The translations under genes and the position numbers were made by a program. Shown one piece after another: positions 12,856 to 26,074 of a stretch of DNA of 35,074 nucleotides. Under the pieces are notes generated by a model, which was given only the letters and a program-made list of their open reading frames with translations, did no database searches and was not told where the DNA came from. Source of the DNA: Chiloscyllium plagiosum (Eukaryota); the NCBI RefSeq assembly GCF_004010195.1, contig NC_057719.1, positions 63,884,602 through 63,919,675 on the forward strand. The letters run 5' to 3'. Within the stretch, counting starts at the first letter, position 1. Each line of letters begins with the position of its first letter.

Positions 12856-13174
12856 AATTTTGAGGCTCCCTAGTTGATGATATCCAATTTTATTGCCTCC
12901 TGTCTTGCCAGAGAGGGGCAAAATGCAGGTTCATTATGATCACAGGATCCTCTACCATATACAAAAGCTAATGTGGGACCACAGCCAGCTAACCACCCAA
13001 ACAAATGCCTTTTATCCTGGTAGTGTAAATCTTTCTGAGCTAGTAATTGAGAGCCCCAGGGTAAAGTTATGGCTAAGTATGTTTGAAAATATCCTGGCTG
13101 AATTTGAATTCAGTGAAATAGAGACTATTATCAATTTTCATTAGCAAAGCAGATTTTTTCTTTTAAAGAACATC

Positions 13175-13577
<403 letters not shown>

Positions 13578-14380
13578 TGTCGTCACAAAAGCTGCGTCGG
13601 TGCATGTCTACATATTATTGACTGTATCCTGTAATATGGAACAGCACAGCTAGTTTTTAATGATTTGGATAAAATTGACCAGTGTTGTTGACATCTTGAA
13701 TTAATTTCAAAATGAATAAGTAAAATGAAATAGGAGGGAGTAATAATGTATTGAATCCATTCTGTATCATACCCAGAGCAAAGTTTCTCTTTCATGACAG
13801 TTGCTTTGTGTGTTTAATGCTAGGTCTAATAGCAGTAGCTTTTGATAGACAGCGATAGGTGCCTGCTAAACTTGTGTTCTCTCATCTTCAGATACAGATA
13901 CTTATGCTACTAGCAAGGCTGTCTGCTTACTTTATACCAGCTTAGATAAACACAGCTATTATCCTTATTAGTACGCAACATAATTGCTTCACAAAGAGCT
14001 TTGCTTGTTCTTTATCTTGTATCTTGTGTTCATGTGCTCAGTGCCAAAAGCAGAGTGGCTGGAGTGGACTGGTTTGGTATTTTGCCCTTTCAGTGCCATT
14101 GACTGGGAAATTTCTCAGCAGCCTTCTGTCTCAGCTGACCACCTAGTTGGACAGGAATTGGAAATCTTTCATTTGAACAAAGAAATTGCTCCCTTAAGTG
14201 CTGACAGCCTTTTTACCAATTTAAAAAAAAGTGTACAGTAATACAAAGATTGATATTGTACAGATAATAGTGTACCAGCAATCGTGGTAATTCTAGCAAA
14301 GACAGACATTTAACAACACTGTACCATAACATTTTCTGTAATGATATTAAATATTAATTAAAATCCTTGATCATTATTGA
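13578..14380 (+). other. GPHN: GPHN 3' UTR
   Basis: Repeat-free sequence after the stop, ending near two ATTAAA hexamers. Several blocks resemble the mammalian GPHN 3' UTR as I recall it; not aligned. Confidence 0.75.
14346..14362 (+). terminator. Putative GPHN polyadenylation signals
   Basis: ATTAAA at 14346-14351 and 14357-14362, with TGTA elements upstream. Confidence 0.6.
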
Positions 14381-14832
14381 AATTTATCTGCAATGATTGT
14401 GAGCATTTTATTAAAAACCTTTCTTGCTTTAATGATGTGGTTACATATAAGATAGAAAAATGCTTTGGAATCTCAGGTATTGTTGTTAAGGGTTACAAAC
14501 TGAACTGTCCTTCACTTTTCATGGTGACTCTTTATCACTGGCCAACTGCTATGATTAAATTGACCGTTTACACTTGAAAAATCAGGTCTTGTTCCACAAA
14601 AGGAAAACTCAAGAGTGAATTGAAGTTGTATTACACAAAAATCCGACTGTTTTGCCCTTAAGTAGTCACAGGAACCACAAATTACAGTTTATCTCCTCGC
14701 CAATTCTCTTCACATCAATTTTAAGGCTACAGGTTCTGAACTTGACTGATTTCACTTGGAGAATACTTCAGTTCCTTATTAGAAGTTTAATTTATTCAGT
14801 GATTTTCAGACTGCCTGGTATTATTGTATTAG

Positions 14833-14954
14833 TAAAAACAATGACTGCAGATGCTGAAAACCAGATTCTGGATTAGTGGTGCTGGAAGAGCACAGCAGTT
14901 CAGGCAGCATCCGAGGAGCAGTAAAATTGATGTTTCGGGCAAAAGCCCTTCATT
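14833..14954 (-). mobile_element. Penelope-type terminal fragment with truncated hammerhead motif
   Basis: Minus strand reads atgaa-gggc-tttt-gccc-gaaac-atc followed by ggatgctgcctgaactgctgtgctcttccagca...cagcatctgcagtc. Confidence 0.7.
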
Positions 14955-15179
14955 ATTGTATCCTGAGTTTAGAGAACAGACAAATCAAAATCAACAAAAG
15001 CCCCAAAATCAGACAATCTGACAATTCAACACTTTTCATTTCCTGTCAAAATATTTATTTTGTATACCAGCTACTTTGCTTAGTGCACTAAATCAATCTT
15101 TACAGCAACTGACCGTGCTTTTTTTTTCACCTTATGAGACCAATTACGTTAAGTAAACTACAGATTTTGAGTATCAACT

Positions 15180-15490
15180 AGTTGAAGTCATAACTGACAC
15201 AAAGAAAGATGGTTGTGTTTGTTAGAGGTCAGTCACCAATGTCCCAGAATAGCCTTTGTAGGAGAGAGTGGTCCTAGGCCCAACCATCTTCAGCTGCTTC
15301 AAAGGCCCTCCGTCCATCATGTGGTCAAAAGTGATTGTGTCTGATGACTGTGCAATGATCAGCACCTTGCTCATCCAGCATTGTGCATCTTGGATAAATG
15401 AGATACTCTTTGCATTCTGCTCCTGTTGCTTCAACACTGGCCATGCAATAATAGTACTGGGCACAATTGCAATGGTTTTCAGTGTCTAAC
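15180..15490 (+). mobile_element. LINE RT fragment (CR1/L2 superclade)
   Basis: Decayed Q.SV-LGPTIFSCF and V.V.DDC motifs (ORF 15268-15489). Confidence 0.6.
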
Positions 15491-15689
15491 ACACGGCAAA
15501 CACTCACTACCCCAGGTTACAGTTGTGAACATTAGAACAAATATTGACAAATTAGTAAATTTAAAGAAATGAAAAAAGATATATTTGCAGTGGAGGTAAT
15601 GCAGAGTTCACCGAATTGTTCCTGGGATGATGTGTTTGGTGGAGTAACCTCAGTAGTGCTCATGTGTAAGCATGTCAAGAGGACAGTTA

Positions 15690-15930
15690 AGGTCAACTAC
15701 ATTCATGTAGCTATGGAGCTACATATAGACCAGATCAGGCAAGGAGGGCAGGTTTCCCTCCTTGAAGGTCATTATTGAAACAGATGAGTTTTTCTGACAA
15801 TTGACAGAAGTCACATGGTCACCATGATCCTAGCTTTTATTTTTAAATTTAATTTAATTTTCATCATCTACCATAGTGGAACTTTAACCTGGGGCTCTGG
15901 ATTACTGGTTCAATGACATTATTGCTGAAT
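15690..15930 (-). mobile_element. tRNA-derived SINE (decayed)
   Basis: gtggaactttaacc...ctctggattactggttcaatgacatta resembles inverted, decayed B and A boxes. The body ggcaggtttccctccttgaa is the inverse of 13175-13195. Confidence 0.5.
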
Positions 15931-16419
15931 GATTTGCTCCTGCACCTTTCATATTATGGTCTAATGTTGCATGAGCATTTATTATGTAGAGATCATGATA
16001 ATACAATGAACTCCAGTGTATTTACAAAGGCAGAAATGTGAATTGGCAACTAAGATCTTAGATCTTGGTGAGGTGACATCAACATAAGACAGTGACTTAA
16101 AATAATAAACTTGACAAATGCTTAAATTAAGAAGTTGACAGAAGATCAGTGTGAAGGAGATACATTCAGTAGGCTGATTTTTGGGGTGAAGATGTTGTCT
16201 CAAAGAAAGATGTTTAGAAAAAGTGAGAGGAGATTTTATTGAAACAGAACATTCTGAACAGGGCTTTATGGGTTGGATGCTGAGAGGCTGTTCCCTCGTG
16301 TAGACAAATCTACAACTAGGGTGCTAAATCTTCCATTTGTGATGAAGAGGAGATGGAATTCCTTCACTGAGACAATTAGTAGTCTTTCAAATTTCTTCTA
16401 TAGATCACAGGGGCATCAC

Positions 16420-16890
16420 CGAATAGAGTCATACAGCATGGAAAAAGATCCTTCGGTCCAACACATCCATGCCAACTAGATATCCTAAATTAATCTAGTC
16501 CCATTTGCCAGCATTTGGCCCTCTAAACCCTTCCTACTCATGTGTCCATCCACATGCCTTTTAAATTGTGCCAGTGTTCACCACCTCCTCTGGCAGCTCA
16601 CTCCATACACGTACCACCCATTGTGTGAAAAAGTTGCCCCTTAGGTCCTTTTCAAATCTTTCCCCTCCACCTATGCCCTCTAGGTTTGGACTCTCCCAGC
16701 TTAAGAAAAAGACTTTGGCTATTTCCCCTATGCATGCCCCTCATAACTTTATAAACCTCTATATGGTCACCCCTCAGTATCCAACGCTCCGGGGAAAATA
16801 GTCCCAGCCTAGTTAGCCTCTCCATATAGTTCAAACCCTCCTACCGCAGCACCATCCTTATAAATCTTTTCTGCACCCTTTCAAGTTTAA
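16420..16890 (-). mobile_element. CR1 LINE 3' end, nested in an older + strand CR1 fragment (~16210-17015)
   Basis: ORF 16652-16834 reads NYMERLTRLGLFSPERWILRGDHIEVYKVMRG, the CR1 ORF2 C-terminus. Tail shared with 3147-3445. Confidence 0.88.
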
Positions 16891-17257
16891 TAACACATTC
16901 AAGGCCAAGTTAAAAATCAATATTTTGATCAGTGGAGAAGTCAAGAGACACACTGAAGGGAATAAAAGGAGTGGTAAGGCCACAATCAGGTCAGCCAGCC
17001 ATGATATGTTCATAGGCAGAATAATCAGTTTATAATCAGAAAGGGGCAAGCAGTCTCCTGGCCATAAAATGGCAGCTATAGACATCTGAAAAGATAAGTA
17101 ACAAACAACATAAAAACAAGCAAAAACAGCTATGGAGAATGGGAAGAATGCAAAGAACAAAGCTCGACAAAGAAGATGATAAGAGCTGAAAAGGGGGCTA
17201 TGAAAAGAAACCTAACAAGGACTATCAAAACTATCATCAGTTTTTTTTTTAATATGA

Positions 17258-18505
17258 AAAACAAAGTACTGGAGGAACTCAGCAGATCTGGCAGCATCTG
17301 TGCAGAGGGAGAGACAACAAGGTACAGTTGACTTCATTATGATTTTTCTTCAGAACTGAAGAGGGCTTAAAGAGTAACAGGTTTTTTTTAATACAAAAAA
17401 AGGATTAGGATGGGTTCGTGGACCTGATGTCAGGGTGCCCAGAGCAAAGACAACAAGAGTGCTAACAGTAAGAAAAATAAGGTGAATAGGTGTTAACAGT
17501 CATGTCCAACCCATTTCCCACACTTGCACCCTCACTCCTTCCTCTCTCTTCTGGAACAAAGGTTTCCCTCATCCTAACTTTCCACCCCATTCATCTCCAT
17601 ATTTGAAGGATCATGCTCTGCCATTTTTGCCACCCTCAATAAGATGTCACCAGACAGATCTCCCAATCACTTGCATTGTCAGCATTCCGCAGGGACTATT
17701 CCCTCTCGGACACCTTGGTCAACTCCATCACTCCTGACATTACCTCATTCCCTCACCCACACCCAGGTAAATCGCAGAAGGCTAACACAATTGCACTTTT
17801 ACCTCCTCCTCAGTATCCAAGACCCCAAACACATCATAAAGGTGAACCAGTAGTTTAACTGTACTTCCTTCAATCTACTCTGTATTCACTGCTAATATTG
17901 CAATCTTCTCTACATTTGTGAAACTAAATGCAGACTGAGTTACCATTTTGTTGGCATCACCTCCACTTTGTCCTTTAGAATGACCACCCACTCCTACTGT
18001 CCAGTTCATTGCAATTTCAATACACCATCTTGCTCTCATGATAACACTCTGCCCTAGACCTGCTGCAGTGTTCCAGCAAAGCTACAATGCAAGCTGGTGG
18101 AACAGCAGCTTACTTCCCACTGAGGCACTCGACAGCCTTTAGGACAACATTGGAGGTCCAGAATTTCAGAGCTTGATCTCTGTCTTCCATTTTGATTACA
18201 ACTCTCCCATCCCAATATCATGTTTGCAAGTATTTGCTATAAGCAGAGCTGACCTATTTTCTACTATTCACTCCTACCATTGAACACATACTTTCCTTTC
18301 TCTTCTACAACCATTAGCACTCCCCTTTTGCTCTGGGCGCACTCATCAGTTCCACTCGCTCTTCCTCCCTCTTTATCATCAGCATTTTCATAAAAATTAA
18401 ATCTTCCAGCCTCCTTCAATACAAAGGAAGAAATTCATTAACTCAAAATGCTAACTATTTCTGTCTCCACAGATGTTGCCAGTTCTGTAGAGTTTATCCA
18501 GCACT
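17258..18505 (+). mobile_element. Old Penelope-like element bounded by inverted terminal segments
   Basis: 17500-18180 is similar to 27780-28420 (AFRRDYSLSDTLV; tacatttgtgaaactaaa is a decayed YIGETK). 17265-17305 is roughly the reverse complement of 18463-18505. Confidence 0.75.
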
Positions 18506-18509
18506 ATTA

Positions 18510-19110
18510 TCTGCTGATGAATCAGTACTCCCTCATGTTCAACAACACTTGGAGGAAGCACTGAGGGTGGCAAGAGTGCAAAATGTGCTCTGGGTGGGGG
18601 ATTTCAAGCAAACATGGTTTAGTAGTGGCACTACTGATCAAGATGGTCAGATCCTAAAGGACATAGCTGCTCGACTGTGTCTGCAGCAGGTACTGAGGGT
18701 ACAAAATGGAGAAACATACTTAACCTCCAATCTGCTAAAGATCTGCCAGTTTTCAGCCAATTTAATTCACTCCATGTGATAAAATAAATGGTTGGAAGCA
18801 CTGGATACTGCAAATGCTAGGGGCCTTGTCAACATTTCGGCAATAATACTGAAAACCTGGGCTCCAGAACTTGCCACTCCATTAGCCAAGCTCATCCAGT
18901 ATAGCTGCAGCACTGGCATTTACCTAACAATGTGCAACATTGCCCAGGTATGGCCTGTACACAGAACAAATCCAGTCCAGCCAATTACCACTCGATCATC
19001 AGTAAAGTGATGGAAGGTGTCATCAATAATACTATCAGCCAGCCTTTGCTCAGTAATAACCTGCACATTTATGCATAGTTTGGGTTCCCCACAGTCTTCA
19101 GCAATTATAC
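18510..19110 (+). mobile_element. LINE endonuclease/RT fragment
   Basis: LEEALRVARVQNVLWVGDF (APE motif) and LKTWAPELATPLAKLIQYS (pre-RT). Confidence 0.75.
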
Positions 19111-19131
19111 CAACCTTTTCCTTGCTACAAA

Positions 19132-19260
19132 TCAGTTCTGAAGGGTCGCTGGATTCAAAACATAGACTCTGCTTTCTTTTCACAGATGCTGCCAGACCTG
19201 CTGTGGTTTGCCAGCGATTTGTTTTTGTTTCAGATTTCCAGCATGTGCAGTTCTTTAATT
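19132..19260 (+). mobile_element. Penelope-type terminal fragment
   Basis: gttctgaagggtcgctggattcaaaacat...cacagatgctgccagacctgctg, the same family as the palindrome arms at 12663-12855. Confidence 0.7.
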
Positions 19261-19424
19261 TTTTTTGTTTTAATACGATTTGCAGAATGTGACTTGTGGC
19301 ATCCCACAAAGATTTGTATTGGAGCTCAACCATTCTCCATATTTACTACTGACTTAATGCCACTGATACAAGGGTAGATAGCACTGAACATATCAGAAAT
19401 GGAAATAGGAGAAAGTTTAACTCC

Positions 19425-19635
19425 CATTTTAACTTCCCCTCCCACTCCACCAAGGACATGAAGGTCCTGAGCCTCCTCCACCACCAAACCCTAACCACCC
19501 AATGCCTGGAAGAAGAACGCCTCATCTTCCACCTTTGATCCCGTGTGGTTGCAGGATCCTATGTGGATTTGACCAGTTTCCTCATTTCCCCTCCCCCCAC
19601 CTTATCCCAGTCCCAAGCCTCCAACTCAGCACTGA
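19425..19635 (+). mobile_element. Penelope GIY-YIG C-terminal fragment
   Basis: Closely similar to 28260-28470 (ggacatg.aggtcctg.gcctcctcca; gaacgcctcatctt; ctcatttcccctccccccacctta). Confidence 0.85.
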
Positions 19636-19689
19636 GAAAATAAATGAACAAGGTGATTGAGTGGATAACCTTGTCTTCCGCAGAGATAA

Positions 19690-20245
19690 AGATCCAAAAT
19701 TTAATTCATGGCTATACAAAACCTTGGTTACACTAAATATGGACTAGAGTGAGCAGTTAAAGGAAGCACACCTTAAGAAGGATACATTGGTTTTGGACAG
19801 GGTTTAATGAAGATTTACCCAGAATGATACCTCAACTCCTATGGTTATATGTTTGAGGTTAGATTACACATACCATAATTTAACAAGTTAAGAGGTTTTG
19901 ATCAAGGTTACCAAGGTTTCAACAGGAACTGACACTGTAAATGCACAGACTTATGTCAATTATTTCCATGTCTCAGACTGGGGAGCACAAAGTTTAAACA
20001 AAAAGGCAAACTTTCAAGGTTTGGAATTACTCCTAAATGTAGAGATAAATAAAAGTTTGGAACTTTCTTCAGCAAGCAGAAATAGATGCTAGAGCAATTA
20101 TTAATTTTAGAACAGAGGTTAAACGATTGACCAGAAACATTAAGGGATATATGGACCAAAGAGGTTACAGATCAACTACAATCTTAGTGAATGTTGTAAC
20201 AAGCAGGAGAAGCTAATTGGCAACTCCTCTCCCCATGTTCCCAGT
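19690..20245 (+). mobile_element. Old CR1 3' fragment
   Basis: tacaaaaccttggtta (YKTLV), gaagatttacc.agaatgatacc (RFTRMIP) and tail aattggcaactcctctccccatgttc. Confidence 0.65.
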
Positions 20246-20934
20246 TCCAAACCGATTAATCTTTAGCATCTTCAGTGCAAATATCAATGGGCAATACCTG
20301 TGTGGTGTTAGCCAAATCCCAAGAACAAACAATGAATGAATATATAATAAAAGGATTCTTATGAATGACAATAATGCATCAGTGTTAACGAAAATGGAAA
20401 ACTATCAAAAGGGCTGCACAACAGTTGAAGTGAAAAGAAACTGATGACTATGGTTCTCAAATCTTAGAAATACAAGGACATTGGAATCCTTTATCATTCC
20501 CTATCGCTAATTTATTTCATTGTTGCTGGCTACACTGATTGCAGATTGCCGAATATTGTTGTCATATCATCTGGTAACAATTGGGTTTCAATAATTGTCT
20601 CTCCGACAATAGCTTGCTCTTTGTCAAAAAAAAACAAAACTAACTGATTTTCTAGGTGCAGACATCAAATATAAAGTTACATACATTGTTTTCTAACAGT
20701 GGTGTCTACATCAATCTTAAATAATTGGGAATAGCATCTGTTCAACCATTCAGGAAATCCTCTGAGGTCATCTGATAATCCCTTCAACTCAGAACTCTCA
20801 TTATGCAGAACACTTTTGTGAAAGGCTAATCCCTCAATTTGATCCTGGATGGGGAGTATCCTCATGTCTTTAATCTGTCTGTATAAAGACTTGAAAGGTT
20901 TCATTTAAAATTATTTTAAATAATAAACAAAACA

Positions 20935-21080
20935 AGGCTTTGCATTTATAAATTGCCTGTCACAACCACCAGCCAAGAAAGTACTTTGTTGAAGCGTAGA
21001 CTTTGTTGTAAGGAATTTAGGAGCCAATTTGCCCACAGCAAGTTCCAAAATGCAGATGATCTGGCTTTATTTTTGATGGA
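20935..21080 (-). mobile_element. Deu-domain SINE (SacSINE1/AmnSINE-like), 3' part
   Basis: ttgcatttata...agccaatttgcccacagcaag resembles the inverted L2-type SINE tail. Family recognised from memory. Confidence 0.5.
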
Positions 21081-21989
21081 CAAATGGCAATCATAACACC
21101 AGAGGTAGCTCCAAAATAAAAACAGCAAGTGTTGGAAAAACTCAGCAGGGCTGGTAGCATATATGGAAATAGAGTTGATATTGCAAGTATATTATAACCA
21201 ATTTCTGTTTTGTTTAAGATCTCCCAATGAGATATTAAAGAGTTAATCTACTGACCTGCAAGAAATATGAATGTCCCTGGGATGGGGCGGGGCAGTCTGT
21301 CTTTATCCTATAGGTTTAGGAATGTGGGAGGTTTACATTCCCATTCCTTGCCATTCAGGGATGAATTACATTTTCATCCCCTATTCAGAAATCAATAAGA
21401 ACATTGCAGTTGGAATTCTGACTACTCCCTGTAGTTAAAAAAAAACAATTCACACCAGATCTGGCCATTAAAGGATGATTTGCATTACTTTGTTTCTAGG
21501 GGTGAGGTGGTTGCTACATTGTATCTTGAGTGACATGTGACTGTGAGAGAGTGACTGGGGATTGTCTTGTGGGCATTACTAACTGTGTTGTAAAGATTTT
21601 GCAAAAAGGAAGAACAGTTTCATTTGTTCAGACAGAGCTTTTGCCACAAACCCATTATCCCTATGAGGTGTGGGTTAAAAGGTTTCTCCAGAGAGCACTT
21701 CCCTGTACTTGCTTCGCAAGCATGGCGAGGAGTGTTCAGGGTTTCTCCAAAGCTTGTACGCACTGTGCTTGATAAATATTGCTTTTTCACAGAAGTTGGC
21801 ATGTTACAGTTGCGTCAAGTGTGTAAAGAATCTCAGGAAAAACAACTCAACACCAACATTCTCAGTATTTCACTTTACCCCAGGGATAAAGTGTTTTACT
21901 AGTTGCCATGGCTCCTCAAATGCTGCCTGACCTCCTGTGCTTTATCTGTCTACTCTGACTCTCCAGCATCTGCAGTCCTCACTCTCTCA

Positions 21990-22175
21990 TGGTATCTCTT
22001 ACAACCACCCAAAAAGTGCAGACAGGCCTCAGTTTAACACCTCATTGCAAAAAGATGACACCTCCAACAATTTAGCAGACCCTCCATATGGCAGAGTGTT
22101 AGCCTAGATTGTTGGAGGGGACTTCACTGTGCATCCTTCTCAGGCAAGATAATATCCTTTCAGCCATGGCTGGGA
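21990..22175 (-). mobile_element. Deu-domain SINE, 5'/central part
   Basis: ggcctcagtttaacacctcat...gatgacacctccaaca...agtgttagcctagatt resembles the inverted Deu domain. Confidence 0.6.
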
Positions 22176-23999
22176 CACAAGAGAAGGCAATCAAAAAATG
22201 TGAAGTACAGAAAATTAAATCTGTCATTTTATCCCCCCTCCCTCAACTGTTAACAATCACATCAACTATGTAATTGTGATATACTTAGACCACTGATTGC
22301 ATCAATATGAAAGACAGATTATGATGCAACCATTAGACTACTTCATGCCATTCAATCAAGAACAAACAAATAGATTGCATAACTGGTACGTATTTCACAC
22401 GAAAACAATCAAGTGGGATGTAAACATTTCACTATAAATTACATTCTGTTCAAGGTTTTCCAAATCAAATTCAATTTCAAGTTAGCAGATTTTGAAGCTG
22501 CGGTTCCTCCAACGAAATAAAATAGCAGCTAAACTCCATCTGTTTTTGAGTGCCTGCTGCATCTCTTTAAAATTCAAGGGAGCACAGTCGTCCCAGCATT
22601 TTATCAGTACAACAGCTGTTTTGGGCTGCTTGGATTCTTATCAAACAGAAACACGGTGGGATACCTTCCGACATTGAGGATATGATAATAAGCAGTCATT
22701 GTAGTAGAAGATAACAAGGAAAATCAAAAGAATACTGATTAGTTGGCACCAAGATTGGATTTCTAATGCTTAAAAGAACGTTGGAGGCAGGGACGTTTGC
22801 AAACAGTAAAGGGACATGCACAAGTTTATGGCCCAAAACAACACAGTCAAGAGCAGGACAGTAGTCCTGAGTTTTTATTTCAAATATATTAGCTAGAATA
22901 TATTTGGCTTATTCCAATGTTCATATCACAAGCACAGATTTTGTAAAATAGTGCAGGAATCAAGGATTTGCAATGGTATGCAGACCCTGCAGTATTGGCC
23001 ACAATATAGTTGAGGCCCAGACACAAGAAAATTGTATCCTTTTCAGTCTAAAAGAAAGCAGCAAATTAAAGGCCATGGTTTGTTTCACTAGGTAGTGAAT
23101 TGAGTAACTGTGTTACCAAGAGACAGAATGTGGAATTCTAATACTGCAGTGCACTAAAACAGGACCTAGAACAAAGTAAGGATTTTTGAAACCCATTGAT
23201 TGATATGCACAACTGAGAATGGAATTCTCCAATAGATACAATAGCTTGGGTGGGGTACTTAACGAAACATTTCCACAATCCAGTCCACTTCTGTGACATA
23301 CGGTATGAGAAAGTGTTTAAATTTCACTGCAAATTTGCTGAATCCAAAGCCCTGAGATAAAACTTGCGCTTCTGTTTTTAATCATTGGAAGTAAACCAGT
23401 GCTTTAATTTCCACAGTAAAACAAAGATTCCCATTCCATGTCTTTCTGTTCCCGATTGCCCGAGTCGATTTTGAAAATTCAAGAACAAAGCATACATGCA
23501 AGGAACAAACACGATAAGATTAGATAAGGGCACTGCTTTATTATTTACATTCTTTCTTCCAGTTTTAATGACATTCATTATTGAACAGGGAAAGAGGCAA
23601 GCTGATCTGTTAATACCTTGCTTTGTCAGGCCTGCAATAAAAAAATTGCCATTTCACAGATTTTATCCAATTTATTTAATTTCCCAAGGGCATCACTAAC
23701 TACAAATTAAATTTTGAAAGGAAATAAAGCCTGCTTTTTTTTTGACTGTCCAAAGATAATACATCAAATCTCCCCAAATTATATTTTATAACCAACATTA
23801 TTCAACAACTTTACATTTCATGAATGCCTTTCCGTGATCCAAAATTATACAGATTGTTCCACACAGTATTGGTTTTAAGCCATTACTCATTCAGCAATAC
23901 TGTTTTCTAGGATCATTACTCTGCTAGGAATCTTCTTTGAAAGGTCAACTTGGAACTTCTCACCCTGGTTGTGACTTGAATATTTATTGAACACTGGAT

Positions 24000-24362
24000 C
24001 ACAGATTATGACATGGAGAAGGTTACAAGGAGATTTCACAGCTGTTTAAAATGAGAACAATTTTGAAAGAGTAAACAAAGGGAAATTATTTGGAAAGACT
24101 AAAAGGTCAATAACAAGATGGTATGGGTTTCATGTGATTGGAATAAGACAGAAGAAAATGACAAAAATCCTTTTTATACAAATGATTAAGATTTGAACTA
24201 CACTGTTTGGGTGATAGATATTGATTCAGTAGCAACCTTCAAAAAAAAAGGAAAATGGATAAAAGTTAGAAGATACAAGAGCAGAGAAACAGGACTAACC
24301 AGTTTTATCAAACAGCTAATGAACTCAATGGGAAAACCTGGCCTCGTTCTGTGCTGTAGTAT
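24000..24362 (+). mobile_element. Old CR1 3' fragment
   Basis: ggagaaggttacaaggagatt (RRL.GD) and tail ggcctcgttctgtgctgta. Confidence 0.55.
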
Positions 24363-24429
24363 TGTGATATACTATGGATATAAAAAGGTTCTTACAAATG
24401 TCACAAATTACATCTTAAAAGATGTAACA

Positions 24430-25530
24430 AAATTATGATCTCTTCCACATCCTTCAAGCTTTTTGTAGCCTTTAACAGAGGTAACTACGCCATCCTCTCC
24501 ACTGTCATCCAGCCAACTTGTGGATTTCCAGTCTAGCTTTATAATCATAACCAGAGTATCATCTACAAGAGCGTCTCTTTTTGTTCCTGTGTCTTGACTT
24601 TTGATGACCCCAAAAACCTATCTTTGCACCAGTACCCACACCCCTCCAGCAATTTTCAATCTACATGCTGTGATTTTAGCATCATCAGAAAACAGCGTTC
24701 ACTTTCAGAAGGTACACAGATTACTCTATTACCGCTTCACCTTGTCTCCTCCGCAGTTGCTTAGCTGTCGAAATACTCACCTGACATCCGTTACTGGATG
24801 TGCAGTAATTTCTTCCAATTAAACAATGAGAGACTGAAACTATTATCTTAGGTCCCTTTCAAACCTGATTCCCTAGACACTGACAACATCTCACTTTCCC
24901 ATAACTGTTTGAGATTAAATCTGGCTTGTTCAAATATTTGACCATGAGATGAGCTAAAACCACTGCCAATATCTGCACCAACTGAGATCACCTATTATCA
25001 TCTCCGTAATACAACCCAATGATGCCCTTGGCTCAGCTCCTCTGCTGATAAATCCCATTTCCATATCTTCACCACCTCTAGATTACAAAATTCCAATACT
25101 GTCTTGACCATTTCCCACATTCTACCCAGTGAAAACTTGAGGTTATCCAAACTTCTGCTGTTATGCCCTGTTCTGTTTCACATCAAATACCATGGGCATG
25201 TTACTTTAGTACTCATTTGCTCCCAGTAAGCAATTGCAACTTTCAATTGTAAAATTGCCATCCAGATTTTTGAATCCTTGCATGGCCATACCCTTCATCT
25301 CTGAAATATCCTCCAAGTCTGTAATACTCAAGTTACCTGCAATAATCTAATTCTGGCTTTTTGAACATCCCAAGTTTTGAGTGTACCAGTCTTGGTGGCC
25401 ATGCCTTCAGTAGCTTGGATCATATGTTCTGGATTCTTGACCATCCTGGCCTTTCCCTCTCTCTAGCACTCTTTGCTCCTTTAAAATTCCATAAAGTCTG
25501 CCTTTTTGACCCAGTGTTTTGATCTAAAAT
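24430..25530 (+). mobile_element. Old L2 LINE, RT to 3' end
   Basis: Decayed LL.LS.AF.TV.H.IL (24440-24500), cacctctagattacaaaattccaat (TSRL.YSN) and ggtggccatgccttcag (GG.AFS). Collinear with the L2 pieces in the GPHN intron. Confidence 0.65.
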
Positions 25531-26074
25531 TATCTTATGTGGCACAATATCAAATGTTTTATAAAGACAACATATAAATAATTTTTTGATAATTCTAGTA
25601 ATTCCAACTTCACTAACCTGGAAATTTTATTGTTTAATGTGCACTTCTTTCCAAAGAAACCAGATCCAATATTTGTGTCTCTTTTTAAGACACTTAATGT
25701 GTCGTCCAAGAATTCCCCCAACCATCTCAATTGGTATCATGGAGAGAGTATTTTGACACTGTTGATTCAAAGACTAAAAATATAAAAGTTACATTTGTGA
25801 TACTTTTATTGATAAAGGCATGAAAATTGAATTACTTAGTCAAACTGGAGTTTAACAGAGGTTTCAGCTGCTCTAGTCTCACTTTCAATCATTTCAATTC
25901 CAAATGCGCAAGTAGTAATTAGGTATCTTTTGCTTCTCTACTGAAAGCAGTTTCCACATCTGCAGCTCTATAAGAACAGTGACGTGCAGCTCTTTTGTTT
26001 AGAATATGTGGCTTAGAATTTGAGTATGCATATTTTTAGGTCCCTCACATGCAGTGTTATCTACCTATACTAAA

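Noticed and set aside
24781..24833. Minus-strand exon candidate with donor cag|gtgagt
   Set aside because: It overlaps the old L2 remnant, so it was not counted as evidence for a gene.
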